A stretch of 64,000 nt of DNA from an uncultured Aquificales bacterium (GTDB taxonomy: Bacteria; Aquificota; Aquificia; Aquificales; Hydrogenothermaceae), in assembly GCA_964516095.1 (NCBI GenBank), contig CAZEYS010000001.1, forward strand, positions 13,095-77,094. The letters run 5' to 3'. Below the pieces are notes generated by a model, which was not told the origin of the DNA, ran no database searches, and worked only from the letters and a program-made list of their open reading frames with translations. The translations under genes were made by a program, and so were the position numbers. Shown here in pieces: positions 39,098-47,694 of this stretch (position 1 is the first letter of the stretch; each line of letters opens with the position of its first letter).

Positions 39098-41785
39098 ATG
39101 ATGCATACACCTTTAGATCAACTCAGAAAATACGAGACAAGATATGAGATGCCTATAAATATCATCCAAAGTATTAAATTCTTTACATTTTGGACATTTA
39201 TTATGATATTGATACTTTATTCTATCCCTGATGTTGCATGGGAGCTTAGGATGAATGGCTTTTTTGCCATAGCTATTATAGGGATATGGAGATATTCATG
39301 GTTTTTAATAAATGTTTTTCAAGGTCTTATATATGAGAAGATAGTTTTCAAAAAATATAAGGAAGAGTTAAGGAAAATACCTTTACAAAAAAAGTTTCCT
39401 AAAAGAGTGTATTTTATAATACCTTCATATCATGAAGATAAAAGAATTACCAAAAACGTATTTAAATTTTTGATAGAAGAATGTTATAAAATTCCATCCC
39501 AGATCTATTTTTTTATATCTGTAGGTTCACAAGAAGAAGTAGATTACATAAAAATGCTAATAAGCATATTTGATTTACAAAAAAAAGTAAAAGTAAAATT
39601 TTTATTCCAAAGCCAAGGAAAAAGAGTAGCTTTATACCATGCTCTAAAAGCAGTTGCCAGAGAATTTTATAAACCTTTGTCTTTTCATAGAGATTACAAA
39701 AACGACGTACTTGTATTGATGGACGGAGATACAGTTGTTGGAAAAAATATACTTTTAAAAACTTTACCCTTTTTTATCTGGAATACCAATTTAGGTGCAC
39801 TAACAACAGATGAAGAAATTTACTACTTTGGGAATAACAAATTAATTGGCGTGTGGTATAAATTAAAATTTGCACGAAGACATATAATGATGAAATCTCA
39901 TAGTTTACATAAAAAAGTGTTAACGTTAACAGGTAGATTTTCAGCCTTTAGAGCCCATATAATGTTAAATGAAGAATTTATCAATCTCATAGCAAAAGAT
40001 CATATTGATCACTGGTTGTTTGGAAAATTTAGATTTTTAATGGGGGATGACAAAACTACATGGTTTTATTTGTTAAAAAACGGATGGGATATGCTTTATA
40101 TTCCAGATGTATTAATATTTTCTGTGGAAAATAGGGAAGGCTCTTTCTTCAAAGTAACAACATCCCTAATGTTTAGATGGTATGGAAATATGCTTAGAAA
40201 CAACTGGAGGGCTATCAAATTGGGGCCAAAAAGAATAGGTAGCTTTTTTATATGGTATGCAATTATAGACCAAAGAATATCTATGTGGACATCTCTCATC
40301 GGACCCACAGCCATAACGTTAATGTCTTTATTTATATCACCTTTTTACTGGTTGTTTTACACCGCATGGGTAATATTTACAAGACAACTTCAAATTGCAG
40401 TATTGATCAGAGAAAGACTTTCGCTTGAAATAATAACACTACCCCTCCTGTTATACGATCAATGGTTTGGTTCTATTGTAAAGATATACACTTCAGCAAA
40501 TCTTGCAAAACAAAAATGGTCTAAAGCTAAATCTCAAACTGTTAATATAAGTATAGACACATATCCACTTTTAAGAAAAAGCTTGCCCTACGTTTTATTA
40601 ATTTTGCTATTTATTTTATTTATATTTTTTATAGGAGTTTATGTAAAAATATTTAAATTTCCAGATATTAGGTTTGAAATATTTAAACAGGCATATGCTG
40701 AGGAGCCTTTACTTATTCCTAATGATGGTTTAGATGATTCTAAAAGTTTACAGATACTTGTAAATAGTAAAAATTTTATTAAATTGCCCCCAGGAATTTT
40801 GGATTTTTATCATCCTGTAGTTATAAATCGGAATAATGTTCATATTGTAGGAAATAATACAATTATACATTCTCATATCAAAACTCCAGGAAAAGCCGTT
40901 TTCGTAATAGAAGGTAAAGGAATTAAGAGAACAATAGGATACGTTCCTAAAACTATCAAAGAAGGTACTAACTTTATTCCTATTGAATATACAAAACAAC
41001 CTTCAGATGAGACTAAATTCATATGGGTTGGAAGCCCAAATACAGATGAATTTTTAAAAAAAATAAAAGCAAAAATATGGAAAAGAAAGTATCCCTATAT
41101 AAGGCAAAGAATATTCAGAATATTTAAGATAACCAATAATGGAATTAAAACTACTGATCAGGTAGATTTTCCTATAGACAAAAACTCTGCAGTAAAAGAA
41201 ATCTCTTTAGTTAAAGATGTGATTATAAGTAATTTAGTTATTAAACAAATTATTCCGAATGCTGATCCTAACAAAGTAAAATTCGTATACAAAAATCTTT
41301 ACCCAGGCTATAGAGTTGATGCTATTAAAATATATTGGGGGGCTAATATTAAACTGTATAACATAGATATATATATGGCAGGAAGACATCCTATAAATAT
41401 GGAAAATTCTTATGGAATTTCAATAAGGAATACAAAAATCATAGGCGCATGGAATAAAGGAAAAAAAGGAAATGGGTATGTAAGGTTTTCCAAGACTTAT
41501 AATTCTATACTAGAAAACTGCATTATTAAGGATATAAGGCATATGACTTTCCAATGGTCATCTTCTAAAAACATGGTAAAAAACTGCAAGATATACGTAG
41601 ATATAAATTTTCATGGAGGATTCGACAGATACAACACAGTTAAAAACTGCTTTATATCGATACCACCTTATCACAAATGGAATCCAATACAAAAAACACC
41701 TTTAGATGCTAGATGGGCACCTCCAGATGGATGGGGGAATAAGATTTTAGATTGTATTATTAATATAGGTGGGGCTAAAGATTAG
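39098..41785 (+). CDS. Alg8-like GT2 polysaccharide synthase fused to a C-terminal parallel beta-helix domain
   Basis: GIWRYSW, MDGDT (DxD), LTGRFSAFRA, MGDDK, LMFRWYGNMLRN (LxxRW); after about residue 535 a pectin-lyase-like start NDGLDDSKSLQ...LPPG and beta-helix periodicity. Confidence 0.85.
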   Translation: MMHTPLDQLRKYETRYEMPINIIQSIKFFTFWTFIMILILYSIPDVAWELRMNGFFAIAIIGIWRYSWFLINVFQGLIYEKIVFKKYKEELRKIPLQKKFPKRVYFIIPSYHEDKRITKNVFKFLIEECYKIPSQIYFFISVGSQEEVDYIKMLISIFDLQKKVKVKFLFQSQGKRVALYHALKAVAREFYKPLSFHRDYKNDVLVLMDGDTVVGKNILLKTLPFFIWNTNLGALTTDEEIYYFGNNKLIGVWYKLKFARRHIMMKSHSLHKKVLTLTGRFSAFRAHIMLNEEFINLIAKDHIDHWLFGKFRFLMGDDKTTWFYLLKNGWDMLYIPDVLIFSVENREGSFFKVTTSLMFRWYGNMLRNNWRAIKLGPKRIGSFFIWYAIIDQRISMWTSLIGPTAITLMSLFISPFYWLFYTAWVIFTRQLQIAVLIRERLSLEIITLPLLLYDQWFGSIVKIYTSANLAKQKWSKAKSQTVNISIDTYPLLRKSLPYVLLILLFILFIFFIGVYVKIFKFPDIRFEIFKQAYAEEPLLIPNDGLDDSKSLQILVNSKNFIKLPPGILDFYHPVVINRNNVHIVGNNTIIHSHIKTPGKAVFVIEGKGIKRTIGYVPKTIKEGTNFIPIEYTKQPSDETKFIWVGSPNTDEFLKKIKAKIWKRKYPYIRQRIFRIFKITNNGIKTTDQVDFPIDKNSAVKEISLVKDVIISNLVIKQIIPNADPNKVKFVYKNLYPGYRVDAIKIYWGANIKLYNIDIYMAGRHPINMENSYGISIRNTKIIGAWNKGKKGNGYVRFSKTYNSILENCIIKDIRHMTFQWSSSKNMVKNCKIYVDINFHGGFDRYNTVKNCFISIPPYHKWNPIQKTPLDARWAPPDGWGNKILDCIINIGGAKD

Positions 41786-41789
41786 CCCC
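41771..41789. terminator. Hairpin between convergent alg8-like gene and khpA
   Basis: GGGGCTAA-AGA-TTAGCCCC; no clear U tract. Confidence 0.5.
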
Positions 41790-41799
41790 GAAAAAGATG

Positions 41800-42045
41800 T
41801 TATTCTAATATTTCAAGAACAGCTCTTTTGTTTTGCTTTCTTGCCAGTGCTGCTAATAATGTTCTTATTGCTCTGGCAGTTCTTCCCTGTCTACCAATAA
41901 CCTTTCCAAGGTCTTCAGGTGCAACTTTTAATTCTATAACAGTAGTTTTTTCTCCTTCAATCTCTCTTACTTCGACTTTCTCAGGGTGATCAACGAGAGA
42001 TTTTGCTACAAACTCTACGAATTCTTGAAGTTTGCTCATGGTCAT
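41800..42045 (-). CDS. khpA: KH-domain RNA-binding protein
   Basis: [24 protein letters not shown]; downstream of rpsP. Confidence 0.93.
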   Translation of the reverse strand: MTMSKLQEFVEFVAKSLVDHPEKVEVREIEGEKTTVIELKVAPEDLGKVIGRQGRTARAIRTLLAALARKQNKRAVLEILE

Positions 42046-42053
42046 CTACCTCC

Positions 42054-42311
42054 TTATTTTCCTCTTGGGATTTCGATTTCTTCTAATCCAAATGCTTTTA
42101 GAATTTTTGCAGCTCTTTCAGTTGGTTGGGCTCCTTTTTCAAGCCATACCTTAGCTTTCTCTATGTTTATGTTTCCAGTTTTTAATATAGGGTCATAAGT
42201 ACCTATATATTCAATATAGTCTGACTCTCTGGGTTTTCTACTATCTACAACAACCATTTTGTAAACTGGATGTTTTTTCCTTCCGTATCTTGCAAGTCTA
42301 ATTTTAACCAA
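42054..42311 (-). CDS. rpsP: 30S ribosomal protein S16
   Basis: VKIRLAR.GRKKHP.Y, WLEKGAQPTE. Confidence 0.96.
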   Translation of the reverse strand: MVKIRLARYGRKKHPVYKMVVVDSRKPRESDYIEYIGTYDPILKTGNINIEKAKVWLEKGAQPTERAAKILKAFGLEEIEIPRGK

Positions 42312-42331
42312 TACCTGCTACCTCCTTGATT

Positions 42332-43651
42332 TTAAAATGGTAAATTAAACGGAAGTTTCATTTTACCAGATTTTTTTATTTTTTTCATCATTTTTTTCAT
42401 CTCTTTATACTGCTTTAATAATTTATTTACATCCATTATAGTTGTACCGCTTCCCCGGGCTATTCTCTTTTTTCTACTTCCATTTATTATGTGTGGGTTT
42501 CTTCTTTCCTCTGGAGTCATTGAATTTATTATAGCTTCAATTTTTACAAATTGTTTATTATCAACTTTTAGATCTTTTATTTTACTCCCTATACCAGGTA
42601 TCATCTTTAATATATTTTCTAATGGGCCTAAATTTTTTATCATTTGAAGTTGTTCTTTCAAATCTTCTAAAGTAAACTCTGCATTCATTACTCTTTCGGC
42701 CATTTTCTGGGCTTTGTCTTCATCAATGGCATTTTGCATTTTCTCTATTAAAGTTTGAATATCTCCAAGCCCAAGTATTCTTTGAGCTATTCTATCTGGA
42801 TAAAATGGTTCAAAATCTGAAATTTTTTCACCAACACCAACAAATTTTATTGGAACTCCAAGAACCTGTCTAACTGATAAAGCGATACCTCCTTTAGCAT
42901 CTCCATCTACTTTAGTCAAAATTACACCTGTTAAACCTAATCTTCGATGGAATTCTTCGGCTGTATTAATTGCATCCTGACCTTGCATAGCATCTGCGAC
43001 GTACAGAATTTCATGAGGATGTACTCTGTTTTTTATTTCAACCAGTTCTTCCATTAATTCTTCATCTATATGAAGACGGCCAGCTGTATCTAAAATTAAA
43101 TATGAAAGTCCAGCATTTCTAGCTTTTTCTATAATCTTTTCTGTAAGTTTTATAGCATCTTTTTCTTCTTCATCTACAAAACACGGAACTTTAATACTTT
43201 CAGCAAGAATACACAGTTGCTTTGCTGCAGCGGGTCTTCTAACATCTGTTGAGGCAACTCCTACTGTATATCCTTTTGATTTTAAGTAATTTGCAAGTTT
43301 TCCAGCAGTAGTAGTTTTACCAGTACCCTGTAGACCTACAAGCATAATGATTGTAGGAGGTTTTTCTGCTTTTTTAAGGCCTTCTGCTTCCCCAAGGATA
43401 TTTAAAACTTCGTCGTATATCAGCTTTATTACAGTTTCTCCAGCATTTAAACCTTTGATTACTTCTTGTCCAATGAGCTTTTGTTTTATATCTGATATAA
43501 ATTTTTGGACTACTTCAACATTAACATCTGCCTCTAAAAGTGCTTTCCTTATATCTTTTAGGGCTTCATCGATGGTCTTTTCATCTAACTTTTTTGCTCT
43601 TTTTAACTTTTCTACAACATTGGAGAACTTTTCTGTCAGAAGTTCAAACAA
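42332..43651 (-). CDS. ffh: Signal recognition particle protein
   Basis: GLQGTGKTTT, DTAGR, TKVDG, Met-rich M domain. Confidence 0.97.
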   Translation of the reverse strand: MFELLTEKFSNVVEKLKRAKKLDEKTIDEALKDIRKALLEADVNVEVVQKFISDIKQKLIGQEVIKGLNAGETVIKLIYDEVLNILGEAEGLKKAEKPPTIIMLVGLQGTGKTTTAGKLANYLKSKGYTVGVASTDVRRPAAAKQLCILAESIKVPCFVDEEEKDAIKLTEKIIEKARNAGLSYLILDTAGRLHIDEELMEELVEIKNRVHPHEILYVADAMQGQDAINTAEEFHRRLGLTGVILTKVDGDAKGGIALSVRQVLGVPIKFVGVGEKISDFEPFYPDRIAQRILGLGDIQTLIEKMQNAIDEDKAQKMAERVMNAEFTLEDLKEQLQMIKNLGPLENILKMIPGIGSKIKDLKVDNKQFVKIEAIINSMTPEERRNPHIINGSRKKRIARGSGTTIMDVNKLLKQYKEMKKMMKKIKKSGKMKLPFNLPF

Positions 43652-43765
43652 TTTTTATACCTCGATTTTTCTTTATTTTTATTTTATATTTTATCATAGG
43701 CTATAAAAGTTCAATTTCAACTGATACTGAGTTAACATGATTTTTCTCATTTAACTTTTTAGTTC

Positions 43766-43782
43766 AATAATCGATAATTATT
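43766..43782 (+). promoter_or_regulatory. Possible PerR/Fur-like operator upstream of ahpC
   Basis: AATAAT-CGATA-ATTATT inverted repeat; AT-rich background makes chance plausible. Confidence 0.3.
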
Positions 43783-43813
43783 CCTAATAAAACATACGAA
43801 GGAGGTATCAAAA

Positions 43814-44416
43814 ATGTCAGAAGTAATCTTAGTTGGTCAAGAAGTACCTGAGTTTGAACTTGAAACTTACGAACCAGAAACAGGAAAATTTGGAACATTT
43901 TCATTAAAGAAAGCCAAAGAAGAAGGAAAATGGACTATTCTTTTCTTTTACCCAGCTGACTTTACATTTGTTTGTCCAACTGAACTTGCAGATTTAGCAG
44001 AAGTTTATCCAAAATTAAAAGAATTAGGAGCTGAAGTTGTTTCTGTTTCTACAGATACTAAATTCGTACATCTTGCATGGCACAGAGATGAAAAATTATT
44101 ACAAAATGTAAAATATCCAATGGGTGCAGACCCAACTGGTAAAGTTTCAAGAATGTTTGGAGTATACGACGAAAACACAGGTCTTGCTTTAAGAGGAACA
44201 TTCATAATTTCCCCAGAAGGAAAATTAGTTGGTTCTGAAGTAAACTTCTACAACGTTGGAAGAAATGCTGATGAACTTGTTAGAAAAATGGAAGCTAATG
44301 CTTATTTAATTGGACATCCAGAAGAAGCGTGCCCAGCAAAATGGGAACCTGGAAAGAAAACTTTAAAACCTTCTGAAGAGTTAGTTGGTAGAGTTTACGA
44401 AGCATTAAATGAATAA
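43814..44416 (+). CDS. ahpC: 2-Cys peroxiredoxin
   Basis: FYPADFTFVCPTE, LRGTFII, resolving EACPAKW. Confidence 0.94.
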   Translation: MSEVILVGQEVPEFELETYEPETGKFGTFSLKKAKEEGKWTILFFYPADFTFVCPTELADLAEVYPKLKELGAEVVSVSTDTKFVHLAWHRDEKLLQNVKYPMGADPTGKVSRMFGVYDENTGLALRGTFIISPEGKLVGSEVNFYNVGRNADELVRKMEANAYLIGHPEEACPAKWEPGKKTLKPSEELVGRVYEALNE

Positions 44417-44424
44417 TTTAAGAT

Positions 44425-44442
44425 GGGAGCGTTTTTGCTCCC
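44425..44442 (+). terminator. Hairpin after ahpC
   Basis: GGGAGC-GTTTTT-GCTCCC; short T tail. Confidence 0.5.
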
Positions 44443-44457
44443 TTAAATGGTATTAAT

Positions 44458-44784
44458 ATGGCTATATATAAACTCAAGAGATTTATCCCACAGGAAATAG
44501 AAATACAGATAACTGATAAACAGTTAATACAGATGTTTCCTATCGAACTTCATGAACATCCGTTTATGGGGGAAATTAGTCGCCAATGGATAGCTCAAGA
44601 CAAAACGTATAGCGTAGAAAAAGCTAATGAAGATGAGGTTATAGATTTATCTAAGGATACAAAACACATACAAATGAAACAGGAAGTTATGGAAAAGATT
44701 TTAAAAGAACTTGATAATTTTAAAATAGTCCTCTTTTACGAGGACAAAGAAGATATTTATGAAGTAACCAAGCTTTCAGACTAA
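44458..44784 (+). CDS. Hypothetical protein (108 aa)
   Basis: ORF with genome-typical composition; no motif recognised. Confidence 0.65.
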   Translation: MAIYKLKRFIPQEIEIQITDKQLIQMFPIELHEHPFMGEISRQWIAQDKTYSVEKANEDEVIDLSKDTKHIQMKQEVMEKILKELDNFKIVLFYEDKEDIYEVTKLSD

Positions 44785-44819
44785 TCTTTAAAGCAATTTC
44801 TTTAAACATATTAAAAATT

Positions 44820-44847
44820 TTGAAATATTCAAAAATTGTTATATAAT
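44820..44847 (+). promoter_or_regulatory. Sigma70-like promoter
   Basis: TTGAAA - 16 nt - TATAAT. Confidence 0.6.
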
Positions 44848-44852
44848 AATTT

Positions 44853-44937
44853 ATGTATTATGGCTACCCTCCTAAAGGTTTAACCTACCAATTTACGCAC
44901 TTCTAGGCACCTTTAAAAGGTGCCTCTTTTTATTTTT
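44853..44937 (+). ncRNA. Candidate ~85-nt sRNA or attenuator leader (contains a 17-codon ORF)
   Basis: Bracketed by a promoter and an intrinsic terminator; contains CCCTCCT. Confidence 0.4.
44905..44937 (+). terminator. Intrinsic terminator
   Basis: AGGCACCT-TTAAA-AGGTGCCT followed by CTTTTTATTTTT. Confidence 0.8.
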
Positions 44938-44985
44938 AAGCCATTACCTTTAATTTATATAGCACATCTATGAAGAGGTTGTCAA

Positions 44986-45513
44986 ATGCTAACCTTAGAA
45001 GAAAAAGCAAAAAAGATAAAAATGTTTCTTATGGATGTGGATGGTGTTTTAACAGACGGGAAAGTTATATACGACAGTAATGGCAATGAAATAAAAGCTT
45101 TCAATGTAAGGGATGGTCTTGGTATAACGCTATTACATAAAGCAGGAATAAAGACTGGCATAATAACAGGCAGAAACTCACCTATGGTAGAAAAAAGGGC
45201 AAACGAACTAAAAATAAATGAAGTTTTTCAAGGTAAAAATAAAAAAATAGAAAGTTACCAGCACATAAAAGAAAAGTACAACTTAAAAGATGAAGAGATA
45301 CTTTATATAGGGGATGATTTAATAGATATTCCTATTTTAAAAAAAGTTGGTTTTCCTGTTTCTGTACATGATGCCCCTGAGATAGTAAAAAAATACTGTA
45401 TATATATAACTAAAAAGAGAGGAGGAGAAGGGGCTGTCAGAGAAACTGTTGAGTTTTTATTGAAACTGCAAAATAGATATGAAGATATAATAGAGGAGTT
45501 TTTAAATGATTGA
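44986..45513 (+). CDS. kdsC: KDO 8-phosphate phosphatase (HAD)
   Basis: MDVDGVLTDG, FNVRDG, ITGR, YIGDDLID, GGEGAVRE. Confidence 0.93.
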   Translation: MLTLEEKAKKIKMFLMDVDGVLTDGKVIYDSNGNEIKAFNVRDGLGITLLHKAGIKTGIITGRNSPMVEKRANELKINEVFQGKNKKIESYQHIKEKYNLKDEEILYIGDDLIDIPILKKVGFPVSVHDAPEIVKKYCIYITKKRGGEGAVRETVEFLLKLQNRYEDIIEEFLND

Positions 45514-46051
45514 AGACAGAAAACGATGGAATGAAAGGTACATTTCTCAAAAATTTCCTGAAGAACCTTCTGAAATAGTAAAAAGGTTTTATAAACTGGC
45601 AAGTCCTGGGAAAGCTTTAGATATAGCATCTGGAACAGGCAGAAATGCTGTTTTTTTACAGGAAAAAGGATTTGAAGTTGATGCTGTTGATATATCAGAT
45701 GTGGCATTAAAAATTTTAAAGGAGAAAAATTCGTCTATAAATACAATAAATATGGATCTGGATTATGCAGATTTACCGAAAGATACTTACCAGTTGGTTT
45801 TAAACATAAACTTCCTAAATAGGAAGTTAATACCAAAGATTAAAGATTCATTAAAAAAAGGTGGAGTAATCATTTTTGAGACATTCATGTTAAATTCAAA
45901 CGCCAAAACAAAAGATTTTTATCTTAGAGAAAATGAACTCATCCAATTATTCTTAGATTTTCATATTATTTATTATCAAGAATTTAATACAAAAAAGCAT
46001 GATGGATCAGATGCTAAAAAGGCTTCTCTCGTTGCTATAAAAAAATGCTAA
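45506..46051 (+). CDS. Class I SAM-dependent methyltransferase (TehB-like)
   Basis: WNERY, ALDIASGTGRNA, VDAVDIS. Confidence 0.85.
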   Translation: MIEDRKRWNERYISQKFPEEPSEIVKRFYKLASPGKALDIASGTGRNAVFLQEKGFEVDAVDISDVALKILKEKNSSINTINMDLDYADLPKDTYQLVLNINFLNRKLIPKIKDSLKKGGVIIFETFMLNSNAKTKDFYLRENELIQLFLDFHIIYYQEFNTKKHDGSDAKKASLVAIKKC

Positions 46052-47358
46052 ATACAGATTTAAAAAGAATCTTTTCTATAGCTTTACCTGCAGCTTTAAA
46101 TCAGTTTCTTGATATGTTTCAGGTTCTTGTAGATATGATTTTTATCGGAAGGATTTCTGCTGTTGCTATAGCCTCTGTAGGTCTAAGTATGAATCTGATA
46201 GGAACACTGTATGCTGTTATCTCTATTTTTAGTATTGGAACCAACGTTTTAGTGGCAAGATTTTTTGGAGCTAAAGATGAAAAATCCTTATCTATAATAG
46301 TAGGAACGTCTCTAATAACTTCTTTTATAGTATCTCTGCCGATTACATTAGCTATTTTTTTTCTATCTAAAGAATTCTTTTTGGTTTTTGGAGACAACAC
46401 CCTTATAGCAGAAACTGGAAGTGTTTATATGAAAATTGTTTCCCTCTCTATTCCATTTTTGTTTATAGGAGCCGTTCTTGTTTCCACATCAAACGGTTTA
46501 GGAGATACTAAAACCCCTCTTTATATAGGTATAATAGGGAATATCCTAAATACCATTTTGGATTATATTTTAATCTTTGGGGAATTTGGCTTTCCGGAAC
46601 TTCAAGTAAAAGGTGCTGCAATAGCTACAACAACTGCTTATGTAGTTGAGGTTATAATATATCTATTTTTAGTATTTCATAAAAAAATATTTCAATTCAA
46701 ACTCAAGTTTGATTTTCAAAAAGCTCTAAAATTACTTAAAATTGGTATTCCTGCAGGTATGGAAAGACTTATAATACAGGCATCTTTTATGGTATTTATC
46801 TGGATAATATCTTTGTACGGTACTTACGTTTTGGCTGGATATCAGGTTGGTTTGAGGATAGAGGGACTTGCTTTTATGCCTGGTTTTGGGTTTTCTATAG
46901 CTGCTATGACTTTAGTTGGACAGTTTTTAGGAGCAAAAAGACCAGATTTGGCTCATAAATTCGCAATAAAAACAGCAGTTATAGCTGGTATTATTATGCA
47001 AATAATAGGTCTGTTTCTCTTTTTATTTCCAGAAGATATAGCTTCATTGTTTACAAACGATTTAAGAACTATTAAGGAGGCCAGTATATATCTGAAGATT
47101 GTTGCCCTTTCACAGTTCCCTTTAGCTATAGACTTTGTTTTAAGTGGGGCACTAAGAGGAGCTGGTGCAACGAAAACTTCCTTACTGGTGAATACTGCAA
47201 GTTTGTGGTTTTTTAGGATTTTACCTGCCCTAATTATGACTTTTTTTACACAAAATATAATTTATGTATATCTAATAATGCTATTAGAGACCTATATAAA
47301 AGGGTACATTATATGGTATATTTTTCAAAAAGGTAAATGGAAAGAGGTGAGGGTTTAA
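46045..47358 (+). CDS. MATE family efflux transporter
   Basis: DMIFIGRI, GDTKTP, N.ILD..LIFG, GAAIAT, GQFLGAKR. Confidence 0.92.
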   Translation: MLNTDLKRIFSIALPAALNQFLDMFQVLVDMIFIGRISAVAIASVGLSMNLIGTLYAVISIFSIGTNVLVARFFGAKDEKSLSIIVGTSLITSFIVSLPITLAIFFLSKEFFLVFGDNTLIAETGSVYMKIVSLSIPFLFIGAVLVSTSNGLGDTKTPLYIGIIGNILNTILDYILIFGEFGFPELQVKGAAIATTTAYVVEVIIYLFLVFHKKIFQFKLKFDFQKALKLLKIGIPAGMERLIIQASFMVFIWIISLYGTYVLAGYQVGLRIEGLAFMPGFGFSIAAMTLVGQFLGAKRPDLAHKFAIKTAVIAGIIMQIIGLFLFLFPEDIASLFTNDLRTIKEASIYLKIVALSQFPLAIDFVLSGALRGAGATKTSLLVNTASLWFFRILPALIMTFFTQNIIYVYLIMLLETYIKGYIIWYIFQKGKWKEVRV

Positions 47359-47693
47359 TGCAATCTTCTGAAAATGATGCTTTAAAAGAGGCTGAAAAGC
47401 TAAACGAATTTGTTACAAATCCTAAAGAAAAAATAAAAGAAATAGAAAACAAGTTCCTTAAATACAAAAATAAAACCAAAGAAACTATAAAACAGATTTT
47501 GCCAGACAAAGTAAAGCCTATAATGGAAGGAGACACAGGTGATATAGTCCTTATAGTAATAGCTGCTTTGATACTTTTTGTTATACTTAAAATCCTTGAC
47601 TTAGCTATAAAAATTATAATTAGAGTTATATTCATTGTTTCGATAATTTTAGCTATGTATCTTTTATATCAAAAATATACAGGTGGTGGATAA
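47358..47693 (+). CDS. Hypothetical membrane protein (two C-terminal TM helices)
   Basis: ATG overlaps the MATE stop; hydrophobic C-terminus. Confidence 0.65.
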   Translation: MQSSENDALKEAEKLNEFVTNPKEKIKEIENKFLKYKNKTKETIKQILPDKVKPIMEGDTGDIVLIVIAALILFVILKILDLAIKIIIRVIFIVSIILAMYLLYQKYTGGG

Positions 47694-47694
47694 G

